In this document: piece after piece, positions 11,756-23,575 of the stretch | Position numbering within the stretch: position 1 is the first letter of the stretch | How the letters are laid out: each line of letters opens with the position of its first letter | Source of the DNA: Eremomyces bilateralis CBS 781.70 | Lineage: Eukaryota | Strand: one strand, 5' to 3' | DNA: 64,000 nt | Assembly: GCA_010015585.1 (NCBI GenBank) | Contig: ML975155.1 | Notes under the pieces: model-generated | Databases searched by the model: none | What the model saw: only the letters and a program-made list of their open reading frames with translations | What the model was told of the DNA's origin: nothing | Program-made: the position numbers and the translations under genes

Positions 11756-12759
11756 GATCGACTGGCGATATAAAGATTCCAACTAAGGAGTATTGATTGG
11801 GCCGTTTGAAGAGGCCACAGCACTGAGTTTGTCGGTATACCAGAGTGGCTCATCCGACAGTTGGCGCAGCGGTTGAGAGAAGCCGAGCTGCTCGAAACAT
11901 TGCCGAGAGCTTAAACGCCATCCGCTTTAACTTCATCTACTCACTCACCTTATAACGCCCTCTACCGACAATCATTTCGGCGACAAGTCGGCAGACGAGG
12001 TTTATAAACGGCACTCAGGCCAGGCTAACAGAAAGTCCTGAGCACTTACTATACGGAATAGATGTTGCTGGCCCTTCTCACTACCATACACGAGCGATGT
12101 GATAGACGCGCAAGACGGCCAAGCAACAAGTCTCGACGCCTCTGCTAGAGAGCAACGGCTTGAAAATGCTTCAATCGGTGACCTTACGAAAGTCTTCCCC
12201 CCATATGAGTGGTGCGATCAGAGCAATTAGTGCGGAGGCCGCCTACAAGTGCCCCAGCCTCGACTGTGCCGCACATATTATGCAGGGTCCCCTGTATAAT
12301 CCTAGCGAAAAATGCTCCAACACAGCATTCGTTACAGCCTTTACCACCTGCGAACCACTCTATAAATGGTACCCTCGTAATTTCTCGCATCGCTCACGCC
12401 TTTCTGTTGGTCTATACTCGTCAGCCCCCTATTTTATCACCCTAACTTTCCGACCTGTGGTTTCTCGTTTGCATAGAATATACTAAACTCCTCGTTCAGG
12501 GTTGCCAGAGATATGATGTGCCATAGCGTACAGTTCCTGTAATTCTCCTCACCGGTTGATGTAGTTCTCAAACAGCAGCCAGTGGCTCGGTTGTCTTCCG
12601 TGCTCTTCCTTTTGTCTGTGCAATATGCGTTGCTTCTTCCAAGTCGTCCGACGAACTCTCATCCAGTTCATCGCTCGCAGGCAGTATTTAGCCTAACTGA
12701 AAGTCAGCTTTCTCATTCTGCTTGGTATATGTTGTCGTTGCGCTTTATCTCCGGACATT

Positions 12760-14787
12760 ATGGAGTACAAAATTCTATCGTTTGGTGAAACGTTGCTTGA
12801 AATTCATGAAACACATGCGGGACATCTTGATGGATTGACATGCATTGCTCCCACCAAAAATGGGCCGCGCTGCTCATCCAACTTGATGAAGCGCAGTAAA
12901 ATACGCAGCAGTATAAGGAATCTCCTCTGCACCATTCAGCGACCGACGCATGATTTCCGCGAACAGCTGTTGTCAATTGTCTTGTGTGGACGTCATACGA
13001 GGACGCAGACGCCTGCTATGAAGATACTCGGAGTTTGGGGGTTGAACGACAGAGAAGAGCCCGACGATGATAACGACTGCTCTGGGGATAATGGAGATGC
13101 CCCTACGGACGATGACACTCAATCCGATCCTTTCAAAATCGGTACTACTCTACAACAGAGCCCGCATTCGAGGACACCCAGTTTCAAAACACCGCCGTCC
13201 TCGCCCGTACGATCTTTGTCGTTTGCGCAATCCCCTCCGACGAGCCTGTCCACTCCAAGGAGGCAGTCCACTCCACGGAGGGAGTCCACTCCACGGAGGC
13301 AGTCCACTCCAAGGCGGCGGTCCATTCTGCGAGGGCAGTCCCCTCCAACAAGTCCATCTACACAGAATCCCTCCAGCAGCACCCAGCTACCTTCTGAACA
13401 TGATGGCGCCAGCAGCAAACGGCGATACTACCGCCCCCCGCTGAATCGACAGAATTCGCCCGTATCCGCAATCACCGGCAGACGTATATCACATCCTATT
13501 CCTTCGAGCCCGCCTCGGTCCGCCAATGGCTCAAATTCGCCTAAGGCTTCTACCACACCCGCGCGTCGTCCGCCAGTGAGAGGGCGGAGACCCCATAGCC
13601 AGGGGGCGGATGAAGTGTATGGCGGGTACCGAACAATGCCCAGCGGAATGCAACTGAATGGGTCTGTATCGATGCCAGAAACCCCTCTCTCACCGAGTCC
13701 GAGGAGTGGAGCACATTCTAGCACCGGGAAATGGATGAGATCGCATGGGGGTTCGGAGGAAGTATATGAAACGTCGGAAATACCTGGTGCAATACAACTG
13801 GACGGGACTGCATCGACAACAGAGATCCCTCTCACACCGAGCCCTGATAGTCGGGTACATCATGACATGTGGAGGGGTTTCCTCCTGCCCATATTCAGGC
13901 TTATTAACAATCTTCCGGCTAGAGCAGGGATCTCCAGTCCCAATGTTGTGCATCCCTTGAATACGCCTGCCGGCGAAGGTGTGGCATCTAACCAACCATC
14001 TCCGCGACCAAAGCCCCCCATCGAACCTGGCCGAATCGATGATGAGATTAGGAAAAGGTTGTTAACAGGACCGAGGTCACACCCCAATATCATTCACGAT
14101 GACGGCACAGTATATATCTGGAAGCATAAAATGGAGAATCCCCCCTTGGTGAAGATCGGCTGCACGACGGGAACGACTAGCAGCCGGCGACCGTGCGAAA
14201 GAGATGCCTACGAACTCAAAGCAGGGACCAAACTCTGGATCAAAGGCTTGTATATGCTCGCAGAACAGCTCTGTTTCAAAGAGTTGGCCGATCGCCAAGA
14301 GACGCCTGTGCGATGCGGAATCTGTTCAATATCACACAAGGAATACTATCGCGTATCCGCCGAACACGCCGAACGAGTTAGGCTGCGGTGGTTGAGATGG
14401 CTACGCGAAGAGCCATACGATGAGGATGGCTACCTAAAGCCGTTTTGGGATGAAAGGCTACTCAAACTAGAACTCAATCTGACCCGACCGGACAGCCTTG
14501 AGGCCCGATACGAACGCTGGACGTGGTTTACGAACCCGTGGCTATGGGATGAGTTTTGCTGGCGGAATGAGCTGCAAATTTCTCTGCTTCTACAAAATTG
14601 GATACCTTTGCTTGGAGTAATTTCTCTGGCCGTTGTCATCGCTGTACTGAATTCATCTTTGGGATTTTGGCCCACTTGTGTAGTGGTAGGATTACTCGTG
14701 CTGTTCATGAGTTGGATTTGGTGGACCAGTATAGCTCGTGTTCACAAGGTTCCTAAGAACCGGGCGAGGAAGAGAAAGAAGAGCTGA
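12760..14787 (+). CDS. T5orf172/MUG113 (GIY-YIG-like) domain protein with N-terminal Cys/His motif, S/T-P-rich linker and C-terminal transmembrane segments, 675 aa, intronless
   Basis: TCIAPTKNGPRC...LCGRH; GTVYIW...LVKIGCT...AEQLCFKEL...CGICSISHKEYY; hydrophobic C-terminal helices followed by a basic tail RARKRKKS. Confidence 0.82.
   Translation: MEYKILSFGETLLEIHETHAGHLDGLTCIAPTKNGPRCSSNLMKRSKIRSSIRNLLCTIQRPTHDFREQLLSIVLCGRHTRTQTPAMKILGVWGLNDREEPDDDNDCSGDNGDAPTDDDTQSDPFKIGTTLQQSPHSRTPSFKTPPSSPVRSLSFAQSPPTSLSTPRRQSTPRRESTPRRQSTPRRRSILRGQSPPTSPSTQNPSSSTQLPSEHDGASSKRRYYRPPLNRQNSPVSAITGRRISHPIPSSPPRSANGSNSPKASTTPARRPPVRGRRPHSQGADEVYGGYRTMPSGMQLNGSVSMPETPLSPSPRSGAHSSTGKWMRSHGGSEEVYETSEIPGAIQLDGTASTTEIPLTPSPDSRVHHDMWRGFLLPIFRLINNLPARAGISSPNVVHPLNTPAGEGVASNQPSPRPKPPIEPGRIDDEIRKRLLTGPRSHPNIIHDDGTVYIWKHKMENPPLVKIGCTTGTTSSRRPCERDAYELKAGTKLWIKGLYMLAEQLCFKELADRQETPVRCGICSISHKEYYRVSAEHAERVRLRWLRWLREEPYDEDGYLKPFWDERLLKLELNLTRPDSLEARYERWTWFTNPWLWDEFCWRNELQISLLLQNWIPLLGVISLAVVIAVLNSSLGFWPTCVVVGLLVLFMSWIWWTSIARVHKVPKNRARKRKKS
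13245..13322 (+). repeat. 18-bp coding tandem repeat (about 4 copies) encoding STPRR(Q/E/R)
   Basis: tccactccaaggaggcag / tccactccacggagggag / tccactccacggaggcag / tccactccaaggcggcgg. Confidence 0.9.
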
Positions 14788-15007
14788 TAGGGTAGGTCAT
14801 TACGATTTACGAAACAATTCAATGTGCTCACGAAGCATTTATATTTCCTACGAACGTTCCTCTGGCACTCTTTGATGCGATATCCACTATGCCCCTTCTA
14901 TATTCCACGCCCGAGTAAGAGTATAGAACAATCCCATGAACAAATTAATCAGATGCTCGAACGCCAACTGGTGATCCCACAACCGAGTCATTGATAGCTC
15001 TACAAAT

Positions 15008-16018
15008 CTACTCCCATTTCTCCATCCAATGCCGCCGAACGCCCGAATTCACCACGCCCCCAACACCAAACGCTGGAACAATGCGACACATGCGCGCGAG
15101 GCAACTCACCCCCCATTCCTTACCCACCTTCCCGAGCCGCTCCCGCCACGACGCGTGCGGCCGATTATAATGATCTAGACCCAGCAAATGCAACGGGGTA
15201 CTAAACACCTGGATGCCAGCGGGCGCCAGAAACTGCGCCATGCTGGTCCGGCTCACACGCTCCTCTAACGCGGGGGCAAGATGCATCGGGAGATGCGGCG
15301 CGATGAGCGGGGGGAGGTTGAAGGAGGCGAAGATGGTGAGGCAGTCGCGGAGGGAGAAAAGGGCGAAAGAGGGGAGCGGGACGGGGCGGGGCGCAGAGTG
15401 GAGGGAGGCGAAGAGCTGGGTGAACTGGGCGTCTTTGTAGAGGCAGAGGGAGAGATTGGCGGCGGAGGTGGCGAGGAACTTGGGGGCGCCGTGCGTGGTG
15501 GTGGGGGCGGGGGTGGAGTGGAGGGTAGAGGAGGCGGTGTCGAGCCAGTTGGCGGTGAGGTAGGTGCCGGAGTAGAGGGTGAAGATGAGACGGAATGGAC
15601 GGGAGGAGAGGAAGTGGTGAGGGCGGAGGAGAAGAGTCTGGAGGGAAGAGCGGATGCTTTCTCTCATGGTATTTCTCCCGGAAGTATTCTCGATAATAGC
15701 TCTATACTCGACATGAGCTTCATGATTTCATATCGAAAAGGAACAACTCACTTATCGATCGTCGTTACAACAGGCGCAACAAGTACACCCGCAGTGGCCG
15801 CAGCAACGACATCGGAAAGCGATCTTAACCCAAGATTCTTGGTATTCCAAGTTCTCCCATGAGACTGACCCCTGAAGTAGGCATCGTTAGCGATAAAGTC
15901 GACGACAGACGGGGAGACGCAGATAAACTATATGCACAACTCTTACATACCGAGACTCAGCGACACCCTTCTCTCTCCTGGACTCCTCACCCAGCTGAGA
16001 AGTCAATCGACCTGACAT
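15008..16018 (-). CDS. Conserved fungal hypothetical membrane protein (possibly mitochondrial-carrier-like), 3 exons
   Basis: Introns at about 15872-15949 (GTATGT..GCTAAC..CAG) and 15702-15751 give MSGRL...WNTKNLGLR...LVAPVVTTIDKAIIENTSG...LYSGTYLTAN...RDCLTIFASFN...QVFSTPLHLLGLD...RIVPAFGVGGVVN. Confidence 0.8.
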
Positions 16019-16810
16019 CGCCACACCCTGCCCACCCCGGTCCGGGACTTTCGCGACGCCGCAATTCGCGCCGTGCTGCTCTCCCATCGGCTGCTTACAC
16101 AACGGGCACACGCCATGCTCTTTGATCGCGTGTGCGAGCTGCTCAGTCGTGCCGGCGGGTGACCTATGATCATATTAGTATTAAATTCCTTCGCCAGCAA
16201 TATATACGAAGGGGCTGAGCCCTGAGAGTATTTAGGCGTGACTTACGCGGATTGCTTCCAAGGCTCGAGTTGCGGCATTATGCCTTATCAATGTCCAATA
16301 GCCCTTCTCAACGCGTCGTTTTCGTGGTTGAAAGGGGAGACGCAGCAGTTCCACCCCGTTTCATACTTTTCCCTTCCCCGAGTTTATTCATATTCAGCCA
16401 TTCAAACACTGCCCGATAGGATCGGGACTTTTGGCGATGGAAGGAGCATCGTTGGGTGACGCGGGAACAAACATTGTGTATCCACAAATCCCGCAATCCC
16501 GATGTCGGCTAACTCCATACGGAATCCCATTGGCTTGGCATCATCGTGTCTTCGATATACGGACGTAAAAGGAGATGAAAGTTTTCGTTGATCGCAGATG
16601 GTATTTACATAGCCTATAGTGATCATACAGCGCATTATAAGCTTCTCACGCAGCGCTGCATCGCCATCTAAACTATGTACTTGCAGATACGGTACAGTAC
16701 ATTCATCCAAACCGTACGTCCAACCCAAACCCGAACGCCATGCGTCTATACCACCCAATGCGCCCCGAGCCCCATCGCTCGTCATGCAAACAGTAAAGAA
16801 AAGAAAATCC

Positions 16811-19051
16811 TCACACCGGCGACCCGCCCGACGGCCCGCCCCCCTTCCCCGGATCCAGCAACAAATGCGGCTTAATAAACCCCTCATCAATCTGCCGAAA
16901 CGCCGCCGCCGGATCCTCCGACAACCCGCTCACAAACCTTCCCATCGCCCCCGTTGCGCTCGCCACCCGCTGCGCCGCCGATTCGAAATGTCCCTCCGCG
17001 TGCTCGCGCGCGCCGGACGTGGGGTACGCCGCGTCATGGTCGTCGGGGGAGGAGCGAAGGGGCGAGACATTCCGCAGTGGGGAGCGGCGCACGGTCGGTG
17101 GCAGGTCGAGGCCGTCGGCGTCGTCATCGTCGTCGTTGCTGCCGCTGTCGCCGGGGCTGAGGAGGGCTTGCTCGGCGCTATCCTGGGTGCGGAGGTTCCG
17201 GGGGGAGCTGCGGCGCATGCCGTCGGAGTGGGACGCGGGGACGCGGCGGTTGCCGTTGATGTGCCCGCTGCTGTAGGAGTCGTTGCGGCGGAGGGGTTCG
17301 CGGGCGTCGACGGGGGAGAGGGGGAAGCCGTTGGTGGCGTTGGAGGCGCGGGGGGTGTGGCCGAAGCCGGCGCCTTGGCGGCGGGAGTAGGTGCCACCAG
17401 TGACGACCTCGATGTCGAATTCGTCGTCGGAGTCGATTTCCTCGACGACGCCGGTGCGGATGCCGAGGATCTCGAGCATGCGCGCCGTCGTACCGCCGAA
17501 GATGATCACGGTCAGGACGACCACGACGAGGACGGTGGCCCGGAGGACGGTTCCGTTCGGGCCGGTCAGACCCGCTGCCAGAGCGACGCCGACGGCTCCA
17601 CGTAAACCGGCCCAGAAGAGCATGGCCTGGTATGCAAAGGGGAGTTCATCAGCCGTGTCTTCGCGGCCTTGTCGTCGGGCACGGTATCGGAGGAACCAGT
17701 TGATGGCTTTGGAAAGGGGGAAGACGGAGCACCATCGCGCGACGCAGATGCCGACCACGGTGACCAGGATGAACATCGGTTTGTATTCCAGCGTGGTTTC
17801 GGTGAACAGCGACAATCCTAGGTAGATAAAGATAAAGTTCTCGGATAACTGGGCCATGACTTGGAAAATGAATTTCGTCGTAAGTTGCGTTCGCCGTGAC
17901 ATGTTGTGGTATGCGTAATGTTTCATACAAATGCCGCAGAATAAGAGCGACACAATTCCTGTTACGGTTAGTCGGGAAAGGCGAATGATGATACTTGCAG
18001 TACTTACCAGACATGTGGATGGCATTTGAGAGGAAGTAACTCGCATATGCCACCAATATAACCAGACAGCTCTCGATCTTTGGGAACCGCCTGACCATGG
18101 TGAACTTCAGCATCAAGGAGGTCATCATGCCCACCACTAGCCCGATGACCAAGCTGCCAAAGAACACGAGCAAGAATACCCCGATACTCTCGAAAAGACT
18201 GAACACCGTCAGCTTCCCCCCTTGCGCGCCCTCCTTGTATTTCTGCGCCGTCTCGAACAGCACGATGGCGATGGCGTCGTTGAGGATCGACTCGCCGAAG
18301 ATGACGGTGTACAGCTTCGGATCGACCTTATACGTGTTGAAGATGGCGAGGATGGTGACGGGGTCGGTGGCGGACAGGGTTGCGCCGACGGACATGGTCT
18401 CGACGAAGGTGACGTCCATGCCGTCGAGGCCGATGCGGGTCCACAGCCATAGGATGACGCCGAGCACCATGGCGGAGATGAAGGTTCCGGCGAACGCGAA
18501 GGTGAGGATGGTGCCGATGTTGCGGAAGAAGTTCCCCTGGTGCAGCTCATAGCCGGACGCGAGGATGATCGGTGGGAGGAGGAGGTTGAAGAAGAACTGG
18601 TAGTCGAAGCTCACGGCCCCGAGGACGGATTGCACGGCGGTCAATCGGAGGATCAGCCCGACGACCATCCCTATCGCTAGTCAGCGCTGCAAATCTCTGG
18701 GCGTCGCCTTCGGGGAGCAACGTACCGGCGAAGATCGAAATGACGGTTTCGTGGACCGCCTGGATGCGGCGCGTCTGCAGCACATAACTGGTGAAGAGCG
18801 CGATGATGAGCAAGCCGATGAGGATGAACAGCGACCAAGAGGCGAAGATTTCCTTCTGGCCCGCGCCCGTCTCTGTGCGATCGTCAGCGATATCCTGCTT
18901 CTTCTAACTTCCCGGGATTCCGAACCGTCTGGATCCGCATCTTCAGTCTCTCGCTCTATTTGAGTGGCGTTAGTTGTCCATCGATGCGAACGGCAATGTG
19001 GAATGACGCACTCAACCACTGGCGCATCGCCCAACCCATAGTACCAGACAT
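16811..19051 (-). CDS. NHX1: Endosomal Na+(K+)/H+ exchanger (CPA1/NHE family), multi-exon
   Basis: FFFNLLLPPIILASGY, LSATDPVTILAIF, IFGESILNDA, WAGLRGAVGVALA; start codon inferred. Confidence 0.95.
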
Positions 19052-19792
19052 GACGTCGAGTGTGCCGGCTCGATGATCTATCACGAATGCGACGAGGAAA
19101 ACATTGCTAAGGACAGGACCTGATGCTGCCTGGACGCTTTTAAAGATGCGCTCGAAAGTCGAAACAAGCAACCTGGTCTCTGCGGAGGATCGTTGGTCGG
19201 GTCGGTTGACGGAAGCTGTCCCGTTGCAGGGATATTCGCCGGATAAGCTTATTATTGATTGGAGCTTCGCTCCCTTGGCGGTCACGGAAGGGAATTTGGA
19301 ATGAATAGCGAAATCAATGGTACTGGTATCGAAGGTTACCGATGACAGGATAATTAACTATAAGGTCCGTTGCAGCGAGTACGGTAAGTGTCGTTGTATG
19401 AATCTCCGTGCCGAGATCATGGGGCATCCACCATTCCCAACCAACTTCCATGTCCGCCGAGGAGGTTCATGTGTCTAAACTCAGAAGGAGAAGCTTAAAA
19501 GTAACTTTCAAATGTTACGGCGGTCTGGTTTATGTTCTGATTCTACACCGCGCTCCAACCGATGCGAGTTGCGACAAAGTATCGATATTGGTAATGGCTG
19601 GGAAAAGGCTCATTGAAACGGAATAAAACTACAAGAACGGACACTGTCCAATGTCCAAAGCCAGAACATGCATCGCCTATGCCAGAGCAAACCGACGGAC
19701 CGATATCAGACAGCAGCAGAAATATATGACCTCCTAGAAACAACACATTAGAACGAAGGCCTCGTCCGGACTACAACCCCGTTTTGCCTGGT

Positions 19793-21133
19793 CTATATCA
19801 TGTCCCGTTTGACAAACTCGGCATGTAGCGTCTTTCCAAGCGATGCAGGGCTTCGCTCGACGGTGACGCCGGCGGCCTCGAGAGCATTGATCTTGGAGTT
19901 TGCGTCTCCTTTCCCGCCGCTGACAATGGCACCTACAGAACGTTAGTAGGACGGTCACCGTAGAATACGAAAATAAAGAAGTAGACATACCGGCGTGACC
20001 CATTCTCCTCCCTGGCGGCGCCGAGATACCGGCAATGAAGCTAACCACTGGGATATTATTCACATTGTTCGCCCTTAAGAAGTCCGCGGCCTCTTCCTCC
20101 GCTGACCCGCCAATCTCTCCGATCATGATGATCCCGTCCGTCTCCGGGTCTTCCAGGAACACGTTCAAGCAGTCGATGAAATTGGTGCCCGAGAACGGAT
20201 CGCCGCCGATTCCGACGACGAGCGATTGCCCGAGGCCGACTTGCGTCGTCTGGTTCACGGCTTCGTATGTGAGGGTGCCGGATCGGGAGACAATGCCGAT
20301 GCGTCCGCGCTTGTGGATGAATCCGGGCATGATGCCGATCTTACATTGACCCTTTTCATTGTTAGTATAGTGAGATGCTTGAAAGGCGAAGGAGCTTACA
20401 GGAGCAATGATACCGGGGCAGTTGGGTCCAACCAATCGGGTTTTGTTTTGGGTCTTAAGCATATCGGTAACGCGGATCATATCTATGTCTATCAGCAAGG
20501 TAATTCTGGACATCTGGTGAACTTCTTACCATGTTGTGGGATACCCTCGGTGATGCTACAATGATTAGCGATTTCCACCGGGCCGAATGGATCGACTCAC
20601 CAAACCACCAATGGCACCTCAGCCGCAATTGCTTCTTCGATGCTCTTCGCTGCTACCGGAGGTCTTTGAAATATCAGTACGATTAATATCTCCAAGGAAT
20701 CATATCCACATACGGTACGAAGATAGCTGAAGCATCGGCGCCAACTTCCTTCACAGCATCCGCAACGGTAGCAAACACCGGCTTGTCTAGATGGGTCTCT
20801 CCCGCCTTCTTGGGGTTTGTGCCGCCAACGACTCTGGTGCCTATACGATATCAGAAATGCCGCAAGTCCAATCCATCGAACATGTATACCGTAGGCGATC
20901 GCCTGCTCCGCGTGGAACCTAGCCCATTGTCAACCCAATTTCCGTCAACGCACCGGTATCCGGCCCACTCACGTTCCCTGTTTCCCCGTGAAGCCTTGAA
21001 ACAACACCTTCGTGTCCTTCGTGATGCGCAGGTTCTTGGCCGTCTCCGAGTAGATCGGGCTGGAGGTGGCATAGCCGCGTGTCCGGCAGAGGGAGCTTGC
21101 GGCCCGGCAAAGGGGAGATCGGAAAGCCTGCAT
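19793..21133 (-). CDS. LSC1: Succinyl-CoA ligase alpha subunit, mitochondrial, multi-exon
   Basis: Mitochondrial presequence, then [62 protein letters not shown] (phospho-His). Confidence 0.96.
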
Positions 21134-21509
21134 CGTCGCGTGTTGGTGGTTGGCAAAGGGGCAACACACCGGGTAGATGAGGCGAAGGAATGGATGGGAG
21201 GGGAGAAGAATATATGGAACTCGAAGGCCTCCCGTTGGATTTCGTGTTGTGATAGAACTTCCTTTTGGAGTTTTGGCAAAGATGACGGGTGAAGCAAGTT
21301 GGGGAAGTCGCTCCCAGGCAAATCTTGGCATGTGGACCCACCTTCCCTCTTTTCAACATTTCCATTCCGAGTCAACGGTTAAAATCCATCGCGACTGCCA
21401 CAACGATCTTCCCTCCTCACCGCTTCATGCTCCGATACCCTCGTTGAAATAGTGTGGAATGTGACATGCTTGTCGCACCATTATACAAATCTTGGGAATA
21501 TCTGGAAAC
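21134..21509. promoter_or_regulatory. Short divergent (bidirectional) promoter region LSC1/ELP3
   Basis: Head-to-head start codons about 376 bp apart. Confidence 0.55.
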
Positions 21510-23286
21510 ATGGCCACCGTGACCGTCACCCAACAGCGTCCGCAGCGTCGCCCGAAGAACCTCAAACTCCCCCCAGAAAATGAACGGTACATGCGGGCGT
21601 GCGCGGATATCGCGAACGCCCTGATCGAAGACCATGAGGCGCAATCCAATGGCTCGAAAGCAAAGAAAGACCTCAACCTCAACCATCTGCGGGGGCAGAT
21701 GTCGAAGAAATACTACCTCACCACCCAACCGCCACTCACCGCCATCATCGCTGCAGTGCCCGAGCACTACAAGAGATACATCCTCCCGAAACTCATTGCT
21801 AAACCAATCCGTAAGTTTAACGTTCTATATGCATGAGAACTTAGTCTGACCTTGTATAGGCACATCTTCTGGAATCGCCGTAGTGGCGGTAATGTGCAAA
21901 CCGCACCGATGTCCACATATCTCCTTCACCGGCAACATCTGCGTCTACTGCCCCGGTGGCCCTGACTCTGACTTCGAATACTCCACTCAATCCTACACCG
22001 GCTACGAGCCGACGTCCATGCGCGCCATCCGAGCCCGCTACGACCCGTTCGAGCAAGCGCGTGGTCGCGTCGAGCAGATCAAGTCGCTAGGCCACAGCGT
22101 GGACAAGGTGGAGTACATTATCATGGGCGGGACGTTCATGTCGCTCCCGGAGAGCTACCGGGACGAGTTCATCGCGCAACTGCACAACGCGCTGAGTGGA
22201 TATTCCACAAAGAACGTCGACGAGGCGGTCGCCGCGGGGGAAATGAGCAACATCAAATGCGTGGGTATCACCATCGAGACGAGACCAGATTATTGCTTGG
22301 ATCAGCATCTCGGCGCGATGCTTCGGTACGGTTGCACCCGTCTCGAGATCGGGGTGCAGTCGCTCTACGAGGATGTTGCGCGGGACACGAACCGAGGGCA
22401 CACAGTGAAGGCGGTGGCGGAAACGTTCAAGCTCGCGAAAGACGCGGGGTTCAAGGTGGTCAGCCACATGATGCCTGACCTTCCGAACGTGGGCATGGAG
22501 CGAGACATCGATCAGTTCCGCGAGTATTTCGAGAACCCTGATTTCCGCACCGACGGGCTGAAGATATATCCCACGCTCGTCATCCGCGGGACGGGACTGT
22601 ACGAACTCTGGCGTACTGGGCGATACCAGAACTACACGCCCAACGCGCTGATCGATCTGGTCGCCCGCATCCTCGCGCTGGTGCCCCCGTGGACGCGCAT
22701 CTACCGCGTACAGCGTGACATCCCCATGCCCCTCGTCACCTCCGGTGTCGAAAACGGCAACCTCCGCGAGCTGGCCCTCGCCCGCATGAAAGACTTCGGC
22801 ACCACATGTCGCGACGTGCGCACGCGCGAAGTGGGTGTCAACGAGGTGAAGAACAAGATCCGTCCATCGCAGGTCGAGCTGGTGCGCCGGGACTACGCGG
22901 CGAACGGGGGGTGGGAGACGTTCCTCGCGTACGAGGACCCGAAGCAGGACATCCTGATCGCGCTACTACGACTACGAAAGTGCAGCGCGACGCACACGTT
23001 CCGAAAGGAGCTGGTGGAGCAGCCGACGAGCTTGGTGCGCGAGCTGCATGTCTATGGGCTGGCGGTGCCGGTGCATTCGCGGGACCCGAAGAAGTTCCAG
23101 CATCAGGGGTATGGGACGCTGTTGATGGAGGAGGCGGAGCGGATTGCGCGGGAGGAGCATGGGAGTCGGAAGATCGCGGTCATCTCCGGGGTTGGGGTGA
23201 GGAGCTATTATGGGAAGTTGGGGTATTGGTTGGATGGACCGTATATGAGCAAGTGGTTGGGCGAAGATGTGGATTATGAGCCATGA
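21510..23286 (+). CDS. ELP3: Elongator complex protein 3 (radical SAM + acetyltransferase), one intron about 21811-21859
   Basis: [27 protein letters not shown]...[37 protein letters not shown]. Confidence 0.98.
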
Positions 23287-23575
23287 TGGGATGATATTGG
23301 ATGGGTACGTTGCATTGCATGGATCGGCGCTGGATAGAACCGTGGGATTTTAGATTTGCATGTCGGGACAACCTTGATATGGGAATATCATGTAGAAATG
23401 CATAAAGACACAGTTTACCTTGATTTTTCCATTTTTGGAGATAGAATTATAGTGACCATTATTTGACCGGCTCCGGACGCGCGCCGTACCATCTCACGAT
23501 CCTCCCATCCACCAAAGAAAACCCTTCGATCTCAGCCTGCAAATTCCCTCCTCCACCACAACTGAATCCACAAAG

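Noticed and set aside
13245..13322. Regular short repeats as a CRISPR array
   Set aside because: Head-to-tail coding repeats without spacers, in a eukaryotic gene.
14795..14815. TTAC motifs at the island/core boundary as a Starship target-site repeat
   Set aside because: A 4-bp motif is uninformative without the other boundary, and no tyrosine recombinase is visible in the window.
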